A DNA stretch of 64,000 nucleotides from Trichoplax sp. H2 (taxonomy: Eukaryota). Made by a program: the position numbers and the translations under genes. This document shows, piece by piece, positions 15,401 through 30,307 of the stretch. Under the pieces are notes generated by a model. That model saw only the letters and a program-made list of their open reading frames with translations, was not told where the DNA came from and did not search any database. Positions within the stretch are counted from its first letter, which is position 1; every line of letters begins with the position of its first letter. The DNA is taken from positions 1,240,001 through 1,304,000 of the forward strand of contig NOWV01000002.1 in assembly GCA_003344405.1 (NCBI GenBank). The letters run 5' to 3'.

Positions 15401-18400
15401 CGAGAAAAAGAAAAGGAGATTAGGTAGGTGTATTATAATTTCTAAGCAACAAGCAATGTGAATGAATTATTTATAAAATACTTCCTTGTTTAAAAATATT
15501 GATTACGCCTATCGCAAAATATTTAGTAAATTAAAGGACAACATTAAAAATACTCAAATAAAGGAAATTGAAATTCACATGGATTCCTATTATCAAGAGG
15601 TAATTAAAACCAGGATACGATCAATGCCAATAGCTAGAGCAAATGAAGCGGGTTATGGCATAGCTCCATGTTATGTGGTCATTATTTAATTTTTCTTTTT
15701 TAGGAGTTGACTATAACTGTGTTTTAGCCTTAGAATCAGATTAAATATTTAAATGAGCAAAATCGTTCAATTAAGTTTTTACTCGAAATCGAAAACACGA
15801 ATATGATATCCGTCTGGTACATATAAATTAATTTACATTCTATTGTGTCAAATTTCAAGATTCTTAGGTTACAAACTTTATTGAAGGCGAAATCAGATTC
15901 TATTGTACCCAAAAAGTAAGTCGAAGATGTTATTTAAAACAAAAGTGATACTTCACCTATATAGCCAGTAGTATAAACTTCAGCGTAGATAGAATGAAGA
16001 CAATTATAAATATGTTTCATTTCATTATCAAGATTGATTACGGGGCACGATGAAGATAAAGCAAAATTAAAATCATTAAGCGAAACGGTATCTAAATTGA
16101 AAGGTAAGATAACTTCAAATATCAATACTTTATAGTTATATAACAACCATGAGGTACATAGTGATATTGATCACTTGCTATGCGACTAAAATTATTTTCC
16201 TATTCCACAGAAACAAACGAAAAATTGACAGAAGAAAATGAAACTTTGACAACCGAAATAGATAAACTGAAATCAGAAGTAAAAACTACTACTACTGCTA
16301 AGAAAACTTCCAAGTCAGCTAAGGCTCAAGAAGAGATAGATGAAGGTTTATATAAAAATACGAGATCATTAGCCAAATAATGTATTAATTAAATATTCGC
16401 TGCCATCGATAAATGAAATCGTTTTTAAGTTTAATAAAATATATGCGGTAACCGTTTTCTTCGTTTAGATGCCTTGGAACAGTTATCCAAGAAGGAAATT
16501 ATTAGGAAATTTTCCCTATTAAGCAAGGTATAATTTGATTACGGTATTTATACTTATTTATTAAATTTATGTAGCATAAAACACGGTTAATTTATTTTCT
16601 GTCATAGAAATTTTCCATCTGACTGAATGGAAATTAACAAATATACAGTGCAATTAAAATAGAACAATACTGTATTCTAATGTCATTAACCATTTTTAGA
16701 AATTACATGTAGCCGATGATGATTTAAAAATGCTCGGTGGCATGACTATCGAAGACGAGAACAGCAATGATTGTAAATATTTGCTATAATTGCTATCTTA
16801 GATTAAAGTTTTATTTCTACTTATTCTGTTGGATATAATATTTCGTAGCTAAGAAATTATTTATCTTTATCTAATATTAGCTAAACCAACTCCATTGCAA
16901 GGATCACTGGCTGATCGTGTCAGACAACTTCAAGCTCGAGAAATTGAATTGTTAGACGATCGCAAAAAATTAAGAGCGGTAGTCAAAAAGCTGAAGGAGG
17001 ACAGAACTCATTACAGAAATTTAAGCGACACACTACAGTAAGCTAGCATAAGTCCACAGAAGCTTAATAATAAAAACATATACATAAATGGAATTAGTAG
17101 CAAACTGAGGTATATCGAAACTTAACATCATGATTCACGAGTGTGAAATATCGGAGAATGAAAGATAATTAGACATTTTAACATACTTCCTTGGTTGCAA
17201 GGCAATATATAAAATGTCAATCAGTTAGTTAGATTAGTATATAAGCATGTAGGAAGTACCATACGACTGAAAATTAATGATTCTAATGAAATTTCGTCAT
17301 TATATACCTTAATGTATAAAGCTATCGAATATGGCGTTTTATTAGTAATAGCAATATACTTTCGATTATAGGATATAAGAGTATCCTTTAAATTTTCTTT
17401 TTCGTTTACTTATCCAATCATGCATTCTTGTTGCTACATACAGACTTAAGTATGTTACTATTATCGTTGGAATTTGAACATGAAATTATTCTTAATCTGG
17501 ATGTTAACTATTGCAGGAAAAAATTAGATGATGGCGGTAGTAAGGGCAGCTTAAAATCAGTAGGAAATCGTCAGCAGAGTGAAAGCTCTGAAAGGTAGCA
17601 CGAAAATATAACCGAAACATTAAAAATATAGTAGTTATTCCTTCTAATGTATTCGTACGTTTCAAGGAATAAGGGGAACGATACTAATGAAGATGATAAA
17701 GCGACTAAAAGAAAAGAGGCTACGAGTTTAGCTAAGCAACTAAGCAATGTACGTCGGTTTTTATGATATTTCTTGTTTAATACTCATCAGAGTAAATTAA
17801 TTACTATTAGCTATCAAGAACTCAGATCTACTAGTATTTATTCGATATTAACGTAAAAATTTTCTGCTAATTCGATATTGATCCTATGAACAGATCCGAG
17901 AGCAAGATGCTAAGTTAGACCCAGAAGAGGTTAGCCTGAATTTGAGACAATTATAGTATATCCAAGTTTGAGTGTATTAGATTACGAATAATTAATTATA
18001 CGGAAAGTTAATAAATACCGTAATCATTAAATAAATATTTACCTTAATAAAATTCATGTAACTTAGAGATGGTTAAAATTATGTGGATATTTCCATAATT
18101 GAAAGCACTATTTTCTTATATTAATTAATTAATTTTGGACGAAGTGGTGCATCTTAATTCAATCAGCAATAAGGGGACATATGAATCGCAAGCAGTTTCT
18201 GGATGATCCTAATGCTTATATTAGGAAATCAGTTCCATCCGATGATGAGGTTACAACCTATAGTACCAAGTCAAAATTTAAACTAGGAAGATCGTCTAGC
18301 ACAAGCAGTCAGGATGGAGGTTCATTTCGAAAGCAGTCCCTTTTTAGGTATCTTATAAAATTAGAAATATATTTCATAGTATTACCTGCGCGCTCTAAAA

Positions 18401-20115
18401 TCAACGATATCTCTATATCGTACAAAAGATTGCTAGTACCAAAGCAAAAATCAATAAATCAATTTTATCAGTATATTAAAATGCGCTCGCTTTCTGCTTG
18501 TTGGTAATTTTTATCGTAGATCATCCCGTTATCAGCTTCGAGTAATATTAAGATAACCGTGTCAGTTTAATTTTAACGTAAATCATGGCATAAGTAGCAT
18601 TCTTTCACTGAAATACGATGGAAAGTGAACAAGAGGATAGCTTTAAATAACGTTTAATTTCTGTGATTAATATATATTCAGTCATAATTATTGTCTCATA
18701 GATAATGTCAGTTAAAGTTAATTATATTTTATAATTACTTGAGCTTTCAATAATGTTACGATTATCTGTAGTGGAGTTATTTATCAGATTTTATAATAAA
18801 TCTATGATATAATTTGGATAATCGTGTAGTAGCTCAAGAGATCAGCAAGAACGATACAAACGCTCCTCAAAGCAAGACATAGATTCTGATGAAAATGCTG
18901 GCAGTGCATGGAGAAGTCGATCAAGTATTTACTTATTCATATTGACAGTTTTAAAAATAGACAGTAGCGGATAAGCTTTATTTTCAAATTAAGTCATTTA
19001 GTCTCTAGATGCTGATCGCATCACGTCCATAATATTGGGATGAGAAACTGTCGTTTAGTAACTCTAAATCTAATTTATAAATGAAGTTTATATTTCAAGT
19101 GTAAATCTAACATAAACCAAACATATCTTGTATACTAGTGGATCATGACAACAGAAAAACATCAAGGTACGCAAATGATAAGTCTGACGATGAGGATGAT
19201 AATGATTACAGCTATCGCTCTCGTTCAAGTGCAACTTCGAGAGGTAAGAAAATATCTACAAAATATTAGCTTACAATAAAGCGGAGAACATGAATAGTTT
19301 ATTTGATAGACATCAGTAACTATTTTCGAACAAAAATAAATAAATTAATGTTTATGAAGCAGCTTTATGACAAGAATAAAGCACTCATTAAATTTCGATA
19401 AACATAGAAAAGCTCTATTAATATTTATTGATCAATAGCATGAGTATCTGTTATTTTCACGTTTACTCAGGTAAAAGAAATTCCAGAGTAGATCAAAATT
19501 CCGAAGATTCTGAATCTTCAGATGATGCTGTACAAACTTCGAAAGGAAGAAATACTTCTTGTTAGTATAGTTAATTTTAGGCTTACATAATGTTATATTT
19601 AATTTTCGAAAAAATCCCTCACTAGATGAATTAGAACTAAATGAATCAAAACAGCCGCATACAAATTTTATGACATAAATACGAACTAAGATATTGATAA
19701 ATATAATCTATCATTTCATTATTATTTAGCATCTTACAAAGATCAGAAAAAGCCTAAAGCCACATGGGGCTCAAGCCGACTATCTTCAGATGATGATGAT
19801 AGACATGTAAGAATTTTAGATTCGTCGCATTAAAAATATAACTAGTATTGCTCTGCGAACGTAATATCACAACTTTTTTTTACAGTATTAGTATTGAGAT
19901 ACTAATAGCACTGGTATTATTCCATTATCAATTAGCATTCTAGCAAGCAAGGGAAAAAGGGAAAGAAAGGAGCAATGAAACATAGTTTGAGTGGACGCTA
20001 TGATGTTAGTGCATGGGCTGTCGATGGTGATGACCTCTATGGTAATAATAATAATAATCGATATGGACATTCGAAAAGAAACGACAGATTGTCGAAAGGG
20101 GATGAATTATGGTAG
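12473..20115 (+). CDS. IQCE: IQ domain-containing protein E (ciliary coiled-coil protein), more than 20 small exons
   Basis: Spliced exons give YKPQEDMHDEIIEQKK / IVANLRKEIDNQRAAIRKLELETNRK / DKRIEQLI / RTFGDKKLEASS / MVSTLKQRINSLEKANREKEKEI / KLKDNIKNTQIKEIEIHMDSYYQE / ILRLQTLL, collinear with the IQCE N-terminal coiled coil as I recall it. An IQ motif IQSAIRGHMNR is at ~18157-18189. The S/D/R-rich tail ends DELW* at 20115. The start MDSENY at 12473 is inferred. Confidence 0.8.
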
Positions 20116-20621
20116 CATTGTCCAAAAGGAACTTGAATTGATTTTATGGTACACCTGATGGGGAACTTGCATTTTTTAAGCTTATTATAGTACAGGGTAA
20201 ATTTATCAGATTAATCTGTATGCATTTTACGATCTTCTATTAGCTATGATATATCGTTCTTTGAATTAGAAGACCGTAATAGTGAATCAATCGCTTATAT
20301 TCTCTCCAAGACGATTAATTTTGATAGTTTATTATGTAGGTAATATATAAATGCATACATATAACGTTAAATCTCTATACTTTTAATGTCTTCTATTTAA
20401 AGTATGAATAATTAAGTCACATGCTGTATCCTTGCCTTTATTTACTAATACAATTCTTCATCTGTTACTATGTACAAAGCAGTATAATAGTAAATCAATT
20501 TGTATATTTATTAATTTTGAATTGGATTGCCTTGAATACAATCTGAATAAAACTTGATAATTAAGTTTCTTAAAATTAACCATAGCGTATTATATTGCTT
20601 GATACGAAAGATATAAGTGAC

Positions 20622-20646
20622 TATATATATATATATATATATATAT
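20622..20646. repeat. (TA)n microsatellite
   Basis: Perfect TA run of ~12 units. Confidence 0.9.
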
Positions 20647-23536
20647 CACTCCAATTAATTACTACACGACTATTATACGAGTTTCGCCTATAATGGTTCA
20701 CTTAAAAGAGAGTTAAAACAGAATAACATAAGCTAATATGACTTACCTTTGTGCTATAAGCAGACTATTGGAAGGATACTAGATAAATTAATGTTACTAT
20801 ATTTAACGAGCACGTATTACTGCATAAATCAAATGAATAAAAAATTTAGCTTATCAAAACATTTTCTGTTTTGTGGGTGTATCAGTGGACGACTGATCTA
20901 TGATGTAAAAAATTTTACCAAGAGAGGTTAAAGTATATTAAGAATGCGATATATTATTTATTATTTATAATAAGTGGGTTCTTGTACAGTCTATAGTAAC
21001 TAATTCAGGAACTGAATGATCGTAATATAAATAGTCTGGACTACAATTAATTTATGCGTACAATCAAGTAAGAGTTAAAGAACTACAGTACTTGTTTAAA
21101 CACTTATAACAAAATATTTATGCATTGGATGGCTGTAAGAGATTTTAAGGCTCATCAATACAATTGTTTACGATCCGTACAAAATACAATATTTATGTGC
21201 GATATTAAATCCTGAATAATGGATGAGGTTGTTGACGATAAATTATCCATCCTTCCTTAAATTATTTAATTCATATTTATTCACAGTTTATTATCCTAAA
21301 TTCATACCTACAATTCTCAAAACAGCGAATTAAAGGCTGTTAGAAAAGCCTTTGACCAAATAGGCATTTAGCATTACCTACTGCGATTTGAAGCGCCGTA
21401 AGTAGCTAAATTATAATTTAATGCTTTTAAGCGCCAATATAGAGTAGAAAATATACATAAAAATTTAAACTACCAATAATATTAGCAATTTTGGGGGGTT
21501 TAGAATAAATAACCTGGACGTTAACAATGGTTACTAATTTAGCAATCTCTTTTATTAGCTTGTAATACGTATTCATAATGACCATCTCTTAAATTAATTA
21601 TCATAACTATATTAATTCAGTTTTTGGTTTATTGGTTGCCTTGAATACGGATTCCCAATTGAATCCTATTGAATAGATTATTTTGTCCTGCAAGCGCTTG
21701 ATAATTCAAGTTAGCTACTAGATAATGTTTATTTTATATCCAATAGTATTGCCATGAATAATAGCGAGCTAATTTGAAGATTTTTATCAGTCTTTTAGAA
21801 AATCTATAATTAGGAATAAATTAGTTTTTACCGCAATTTTTATCGGTGAAAAATTATAGAATTGTTTTGGAAACCATTTTCAGTCACTTATTTAATATTA
21901 ATTAACTTGGTACATGGAAGGTGTAAATCGTTTAATTAATTGTTATTATCATTATAAATTCTAACAAATACGAAGGTGTTACTCCTATTAGTGTAATATA
22001 CTGGACTAGACTTTTGCTCAATAAATAAACACTGTCGATAAAGTTCATAAATAGTATTTATTCTCCTAAGTTACGAAATTAATTAGGACAATAAATTTAG
22101 CCATATACAGGAATATAGCGCTTGAATTCAATTCGAAATATATATAATAGAGCACAGTAATAAATGTATCAAGTTATGTGTAGTGTAATGATGTTCTGGA
22201 ACTGTTCTGTGTTAACAGAAAGTATCATACTACCATCAAAAAGTAGAGCGGCTGTATATACAACGACATTACTAGGGATAGTTTAGACCAAGATATACCA
22301 AATTGGTTTCTAAATTCAACTTTATGCCTTCTTAATATCAAATTTTATCTATCCAGTCCAAGTGAGATTTTGCTTTGCTTAATTTTTATCTTATTCAAAT
22401 TGTATCAATGCTAAAATAATTTACTATATACTATTAAGTATAAATCTTAAAATATAGGTTACTCTTGCCGTAAGATTACCCTTTAAGTTTGTTGCATTTA
22501 CTTAGACTAGTTAATTCTTGTGCAATTAGTAGTGACGGCACTATAAACGTTGGGATCAGCTTTCAATTTACAAAGATTTTTGCGAAAGCGTCTGCAGTAA
22601 AATAAGGTCGCTACTCGAATTGAATATATTTGCTGATTTCAGTAAGTAGATATGTTTACACCCATGTAAGTATTTGATTAGAAAAAATAATTTTTTGAAA
22701 TAATTCATTTCGTCTTTATAAATTTTAATCAATACGATAAGTAAAATAGTATGTTGCTATGAGTCATTTCTAAATTATTAATTAGCAAAGCAAATGAACG
22801 AAGGAGTCATTCATCCAAACTATGCAATCCTTCCTCCAAAATAGCTTCTTAGTTACATTATAATGATGAATACATGATGTATAAAAGAAATCAATATTGT
22901 ACAAGAAGTCATAAGCGATAATTTCGGTTTATTCCTACTCACATACTAAATTTGAACAGATTTAAACATAGTTAACATTATTAAAAGATGCCCAACAAAA
23001 ATAAAAGGTAATACATTGATGTCATAAATTTTGATGGAATGACAGGCAATCATTAAATTTTACAAATGACATTTCTCATAACTTAACAAAATGTGCCTAC
23101 TCGGATTATTTTGATGCACTAGCAATTCTATTGAATACAAGAAAGCTTAATTCTAACTTAATCCCTTTTTTAGACAGTTTAGTTGATGTTGTTAAATGTC
23201 TAGCACTCCAATCAGCACGTTACATAAGTTCCTACAGATCAGTATATCAGATTTAACAAATGTAGGCTATTCATAAAACGTTAATACTAAATTATTAGAA
23301 ACGCATTGACGATACAAGTTAATCGGTGAATCAATTTGATTTGCGAAATTAAAAATGTTAGGAAATTTCAATTCAATGATAGTAAATTTCTGACTTGTAC
23401 GCCACTAACCCTCATTTGATCTAATTGAAAATAACAAAAGTAGACGAAAACATATTATCCTATAAATATTATTATGTAATTTTCTAAAAGGTTTAAATTA
23501 GATAGAAAAATAAAACATAAATATCATATTAATAAT

Positions 23537-24646
23537 TTAAGCAATAATACTATTTTGTGATTTCGAAATGGTTGTAGTTTCGGAATGCGATAAACCTTTA
23601 CTATGGCAACAGCCAAGTTTTCTATAAAATCGACGAAATAATCGTGAGGATAGTAAGGAATAAATGATAGGATTAAACGCTGCGTTGGCGAATACCAAAA
23701 AGAAACAAATTGGAATAATACCGTGATGAATTCGCATATTTGAATCTTGTATTAATATTACAATAACAGTAAATGGAAGAAAAGCAATAAAACTAGTCAT
23801 CGTAATGAGGACTACTAATAATAAAATGCGTTTCTCGCCTGATGAACCAGATTCTACCGGTCTAACAGCCATCCTTGTTTTACGTATATGGTGTGCAATA
23901 GCTAGGTATAAAGCGATCATGATTAAATATGACAAGCACATGATAGCAATCGTTATAAATACCATAGATTTCAATAATATATCATGAAAACTACCAACGT
24001 AACATAAATTTACAAAAATATTATAACTGTCACTACCATCGTAGTCGATAAAAAATCTTGATCTAATAGTAATTATGAGTGAAATGGATATACCAATGAG
24101 CCAACATAGAACAACGATTATTTTACTACGATTAAGATCGATTTTGTATCTGCTATTAATGAATACGAAAGTAATATAACGATCAATAGCAATAAATAAT
24201 GTTATAATGTGCGACATGGTTATACTGACGGCTAATAGCATTCTAGCGATAGAGCATGCTGGGCTGATTAACCATAAATTTGTTCGATTGGGCATACGAT
24301 TATTGCCCATGCTATAGAGTTTAGGCTTATTAGTAGCATAATATGCGTCACTTGCTACAACCAGTAATAAGTACAGTGAGCCACATAGATCGGCGACGGC
24401 TAAATTTTTAATTAAAAAAATGGAGACACGATTTAATTTAATGGTTGTTTTCTTAACAGTTCGAGGTTGATGAGTATTACTGGCAGGAGCTTGAGTGGTA
24501 TATGGGCCAACTCTAACTGATATTTTTCTTAATTTTGCTCTTTGAAGTATGACATATAAGTTGGATAGGATACCAATACATGATAGACACCAAGCGACGC
24601 TTTTAGCGGTAGTATTATCCTCAAGTAAAGAGTAAGTCTCAACCAT
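23537..24646 (-). CDS. Intronless rhodopsin-class GPCR with an LGR/RXFP/GRL101-like 7TM domain, 369 aa
   Basis: Seven hydrophobic segments; NLAVADL in TM2, WxxSxxC in ECL1, IAIDRY in TM3, FxxFLP in TM6, NAAFNPIIY in TM7. Confidence 0.9.
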   Translation of the reverse strand: MVETYSLLEDNTTAKSVAWCLSCIGILSNLYVILQRAKLRKISVRVGPYTTQAPASNTHQPRTVKKTTIKLNRVSIFLIKNLAVADLCGSLYLLLVVASDAYYATNKPKLYSMGNNRMPNRTNLWLISPACSIARMLLAVSITMSHIITLFIAIDRYITFVFINSRYKIDLNRSKIIVVLCWLIGISISLIITIRSRFFIDYDGSDSYNIFVNLCYVGSFHDILLKSMVFITIAIMCLSYLIMIALYLAIAHHIRKTRMAVRPVESGSSGEKRILLLVVLITMTSFIAFLPFTVIVILIQDSNMRIHHGIIPICFFLVFANAAFNPIIYSLLSSRLFRRFYRKLGCCHSKGLSHSETTTISKSQNSIIA

Positions 24647-27600
24647 GACGAAAGTAACTTGTTACCTTCAACTTGAAGAACTTTAATGGTCGTCGAATAA
24701 TTTTATAGGTAAACAAAATTGAACATTAGCCTCGATAGAATAAGTAGCCAGAAAACTTGATAGAGTACAGATCGTTCGACTGCCACAATGTTGGTTAATG
24801 CATTAGCTTAAATAGTATAGGATTAATATATCCAAAATGGTTTCTTTTGGAGCCAATATCAGTTGATTGCGACTACTACACAATACTCTAGACTACTACT
24901 ATCTAGGGTATCAAAAATTTTATTTAAGCAAAATGAAGTGGATATGATCAAGAAATCACATTATAATGTGGCCAAGCTGAATCAAAATAAAAATGCATAT
25001 AATACCAAGATGTGTCTTATGTAGTGATACTACGGTTTCCTTTTTTTCACCTTTAACTTGTAATCGTTGATGTTCTCCTCGTTGTAAATAATTAGTTTTC
25101 TTAGTGTAAACATTAAAGTTACAGCTACTGCTTTTTAAATAACTATCAAAATTGAATCAATAACGATGTTTCAAGTATGATGTGTAGTATTTACTTTACA
25201 TTCATAAAATTGATGATAGCTTGATTGATACCAACTCAACTAAATAGAAATGTTGAGATAATAAAAAATCGACTATAAATTATTGGCTAGGGATGAATTA
25301 CATCTTCATCAACTGGCAACCATTGGACAATAGCTGAAATTTTGGATATCAGTTGTTGTTGTTATCAATTTTAAATCAGACAAAGCCATTGTCTCGTTAT
25401 AAAATCCCGAATACACTGATATAATCAGCCGATAGTATAGTAGTAGTAATAGCCAATGTATTATTATCGTAATTTGCTGTTAGCTTAATAGCAGATTTGA
25501 CCATCAAATTTCATGAAAGAGGACGTTTTATGATGATATTAAAGGTATATGCAGGTGATATTTTAATTGAATATGAATAATGATTGTGATAGATACAGTA
25601 TTGAGTAAAAAATTGTAATTGTCGAATGGGCTAATCAAGTTATGTAATCAACTGAGTGGTATAAAATTACTCTACCAGAAATGTTTCTATCTAAACATTG
25701 CCTAGATACCGTAGCAACGTATCACGTAGACGATAGTTGAGTAAATCGTTGTTTAATCTTCACTATAATTATATACTATGAAGAAGCGAACTGAGTTTGT
25801 ACATCACACCAAGATTGAATTAAGAAAATTATCAATTATAGATTGATTTGATAATGCAAGATAAATATCGCTGAATAAATGTCATTAATTAAAACCGTTA
25901 TTCTAGACGGATTTATCAGTAGAAGAAGATGGAATACTAATACTAGCTTTTAATTCTTTTAGCCATTTAATCGAATACGTAACAAAATGAAATAGAAGAC
26001 ACTGATCGGTCTCCGTGATAAAGAGGAAAACTTGCCGCAGTTGTCAAACCTTGGCAAGGAATTGATAATTAAGACAGCCGATAAGCAGATATTATCATTT
26101 TATTTTTATTTATTCTTTTCCATCAAAGTTATTGTACCGCGACGATCTAGCTTTGACCATTTATTGCTCCTTTGACTACATTTTCTAAGTGGTGTACACT
26201 ATTGTCTACTAAAGTAATAACAAGTACAGGTCTTCTTGGAGTAAATATAATTTTACAAAGCTTATTTTTGTTTTCATGTGTTGTATCTTCCTACTTTAGT
26301 GATGTATGAAGCGGTAACAATATATCCAATTTATCATTATTTATTTTAATGTATCATAATAGCTTTCAGTCTCTGGTTTAGTTTAAAAATTGAATAATTG
26401 TAACCGGAGGAAAAGGTGTTGTCAAATTTTTGACTAAGATAAAAGAATCGTCATGACCTTACATATTATATTGGATAAACTTTCTCGTAATTCTATTGAA
26501 GAATGATATTGTTTTAATATGTCTGTCTTGCATCCTTCAGATTATTGTCAAGTTTTAATGGCATAATTTATCCATGCGCTATTTTTCGATTTTCGTTATA
26601 AAAATGATCGAAATATTAAGCAATTATAACATCGATGAATTCAACTGTAGATTGCGAAAGGAAGTATTGGAAAGTGATCTTATATTGATTACAGTTGGAT
26701 TCAATTTTTGAATGCTGTAGGCTTAATGATTACGTAAGATTTTAAAAATTGGACTTACGTTTGTCAATTTTATCTGCTATTAACTTAAAATCTCTAGAAT
26801 GAATATCTGTGAGTGTTACAGTAAAATTGATTATGAGAGAAACAACAATGGCGGCCCAGTACTGTAAAACCAATCATGTCGAATCATTTAGTTTGACCGA
26901 CCATCAATCATAGCTAAAACAATTTTAACGTCATTTTAAGCCTTAAGCTGCGGTAACTCAATAGATACGTAAGTCAATAACAACAGAATGGATTACATTG
27001 TCATGACATAGCATACTCGTACATAATACTAAATAATGCATTTCAACATCACTTTCCTTGGAAAGGATTACACTGACTACCTAAAGATAGGTATCATTAT
27101 GCTGTACTTGCATGCATGGTCTTCTATCAAAAAGTCCCTTGTAGTCTACGGTAGTTTCTAAATGATTATACACTCCATGTACAGATGCCGAAAAGTATTA
27201 TTCTTTGAATCACGGTATTATGTACAACTAACAATAGTGCCATAATGACTATCATCGCTATGGAAAACATTTAACTCTCTGTAAATTCTAAAAGGATAAC
27301 TCTACATATAGTAGTTTGACATAATAGATTGTATTAGTCAAAGAGCTTTTCAATACCGCTAAATGGTATAAGTGATGAATTTTTTTAGACGAAAGCCTAT
27401 AGTTTATAGGTATTGGGCATTATTACTAAATTGTTTTTTTACATGGGTATTCAACTATTTTATGAATCAACCCTTTGATTCAAATTTTTTAACGCTGTCC
27501 CATCCCAGTAGGAGGGCACTTTATTTTTTTGTATACCGCACTTTATTGCTACTGTATACCAAGGATCAATATTCGTATAAATACTTACTCGCATATCCGT

Positions 27601-28894
27601 ACCGTCTATGCTCTTATTCTGAATTCATTTGTTCAATAAAATGACTCAATGCATTCAGACTACAAAATTTGCTATTATATATTATTATAATTACTTTCAA
27701 TTTTATTTTTGTAATTTGATATTGATTAGTTCGTTATGATAATAATATTTAAATTGCAAGATTACCACAATCAATTTTTACATACGTTTTACAATTATCA
27801 TCCGTCAATGAATATTTTCTGTCTGAATAACATTGACCTTGTAAAATGGGAATACCAATACATTAATAGCTATAGAAACATGCGTATAGTAAAATTAACT
27901 TGATTTTTATTTTTTTCTTCCGGTTAAATTAAAAATGTTAGTTGATAACGACATCATCGATCGTTAAGCCTATAATTTTCTACTTTAATATTTTTTGTGT
28001 TCACAATATCAATGAATAACATCGCATGATTAAAGTAGCCGTAAGCTATTATAATAAAATATCTATACCGTTACAAGCACAAGATGTCGACGGTGGCAAT
28101 ACGTAGATGCGCTATAATATTGAATTTTGCCGTATACAAAAAAATATTTTAATACCCTTATATGTCACAGTCATATCTCATTGCATACCGGCATTTGTAT
28201 TAAATCAATAATGGCATTGTAGGAAATGATATTGCATAACATAAGTAAAGTATTCTGTAGTTATCATTTAAGCTATCTACCCGAACTTATGAAGTATCCT
28301 GTAACAATTTGACAGTTATGTCATTGTACTATTAAATGCAGCATCTTGCAATAAGCTTCGTAAGTATTGGATAGGATAATGCGACAACTATATACAAGAA
28401 TTAGATGTAGTTTGATATACAATACCTTACCTTCTCGATACAGGCTATAATTACTTTTCTCATTATTGAAATCTTGAAGTATGAACTTACAGTTGATAAT
28501 AGCAGCAGCCAGTAGAGTATTTTGTCCGAAAAATAGATTCTTCAGATAAGTTTTCGATTAGTCTCGATATTGGACCTCATAAGGCTATAACCCTTTATCG
28601 CAAGTTCTACTGGTAAAATAGAACTCTCGACAATTGATCGATGTCTTAAATTGATAACTTAGACGACGATCCATCGATACGATAAATGCCATCGATTCTC
28701 AGGTAAGTAAAGTTAATATAACGCAAATACAGGATCTTAACGGAAACTCTCTGTTTAAGCCCCTTTAGGCAAACAACAAGAAGTGAATTCAATCTACAGG
28801 ACAGGATACACTGTCGATAAGGCAAGTTCAATGATGCCAATATCCAAGAGTCTTGTTTATTCAGGACCGTTTATGGAATAATATACCTTTGTTA

Positions 28895-30307
28895 GTAACT
28901 ATATCTGTACAATAGCAAGATGATATGCTTTAGCATAAGAACCGATGTTATCAACCTCTCTTGCGCTTATAGGTCTCATCAACAAACATTACCATGGTCC
29001 TATCAAGAAATGATCTACCATATTATTCAATCTCAATAATGGTGAAGAGCGTAAAAAGAATAAAGTAGTCTCTATCATCGCCATCTATCACGTACAAATG
29101 ATAAATTGTATGATCCTGTGCGCCGCGAAATATAAAAGAGGATCGTGTTTTAGATCTGTTAAAAGAAAGCGATTATTGTATTTTCGGTAAAGTTTTCGCT
29201 TATTACAGATATTCAATGACATGACGGAACGTAGTTAGAATGGATGAACTTACAATATAAATGAAAGATGATAGATGAGTCATCTCATGTGATTGATCTG
29301 GCCTGGAAAGTGTAACAAAACCTGTTCTACTAACTGTAATCAGAGTATAGATCATTCAGATCAAGAATCTGAGATTTTGAGCTTTCCTTTGCTTTAGTCT
29401 ACTTTATTTGGAAGGCCAAGCCAAGCGCGATATCATACTGTACACATGTTATCGAGACATAAGAACTGTGACAACAAATCAGCTCTAGTACGAACATAAC
29501 TTTAATACCATATCCTAATGCACGTGAACATTTGNNNNNNNNNNNNNNNNNNNNGTAACTATATCTGTACAATAGCAAGATGATATGCTTTAGCATAAGA
29601 ACCGATGTTATCAACCTCTCTTGCGCTTATAGGTCTCATCAACAAACATTACCATGGTCCTATCAAGAAATGATCTACCATATTATTCAATCTCAACAAT
29701 GGTGAAGAGCGTAAAAAGAATAAAGTAGTCTCTATCATCGCCATCTATCACGTACAAATGATAAATTGTATGATCCTGTGCGCCGCGAAATATAAAAGAG
29801 GATCGTGTTTTAGATCTGTTAAAAGAAAGCGATTATTGTATTTTCGGTAAAGTTTTCGCTTATTACAGATATTCAATGACATGACGGAACGTAGTTAGAA
29901 AATAGAATTCGTTTTTTTTCAAGTTATTCACGCACACACGTGTATCTCATGACATTGTAGTGGACGCGATGTGGGCCCGTATTTTCAGAATACGGAGAAT
30001 TGGTGAGTCAAAATGGATGAACTTGCAATATAAATGAAAGATGACAGATGAGTCATCTCATGTGATTGATCAGGCCTGGAAAGTGTAACAAAACCTGTTC
30101 TACTAACTGTAATCAGAGTATAGATCATTCAGATCAAGAATCTGAGATTTTGAGCTTTCCTTTGCTTTAGTCTACTTTATTTGGAAGGCCAAGCCAAACG
30201 CGATATCATACTGTACACATGTTATCGAGACATAAGAACTGTGACAACAAATCAGCTCTAGTACGAACATAACTTTAATACCATATCCTAATGCACGTGA
30301 ACATTTG
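28895..30307. repeat. Near-identical direct duplication flanking a 20-N gap (copy 1 28895-29534, copy 2 29555-30307), probably uncollapsed haplotypes
   Basis: The copies abut the gap at 29535-29554. They differ by a few SNPs and a ~112-bp segment (~29901-30012) found only in copy 2. Confidence 0.85.

Noticed and set aside
28895..30307. Paired LTRs or a true segmental duplication
   Set aside because: The copies directly abut an N gap and lack TG...CA ends and a TSD; a haplotype artefact is more likely.
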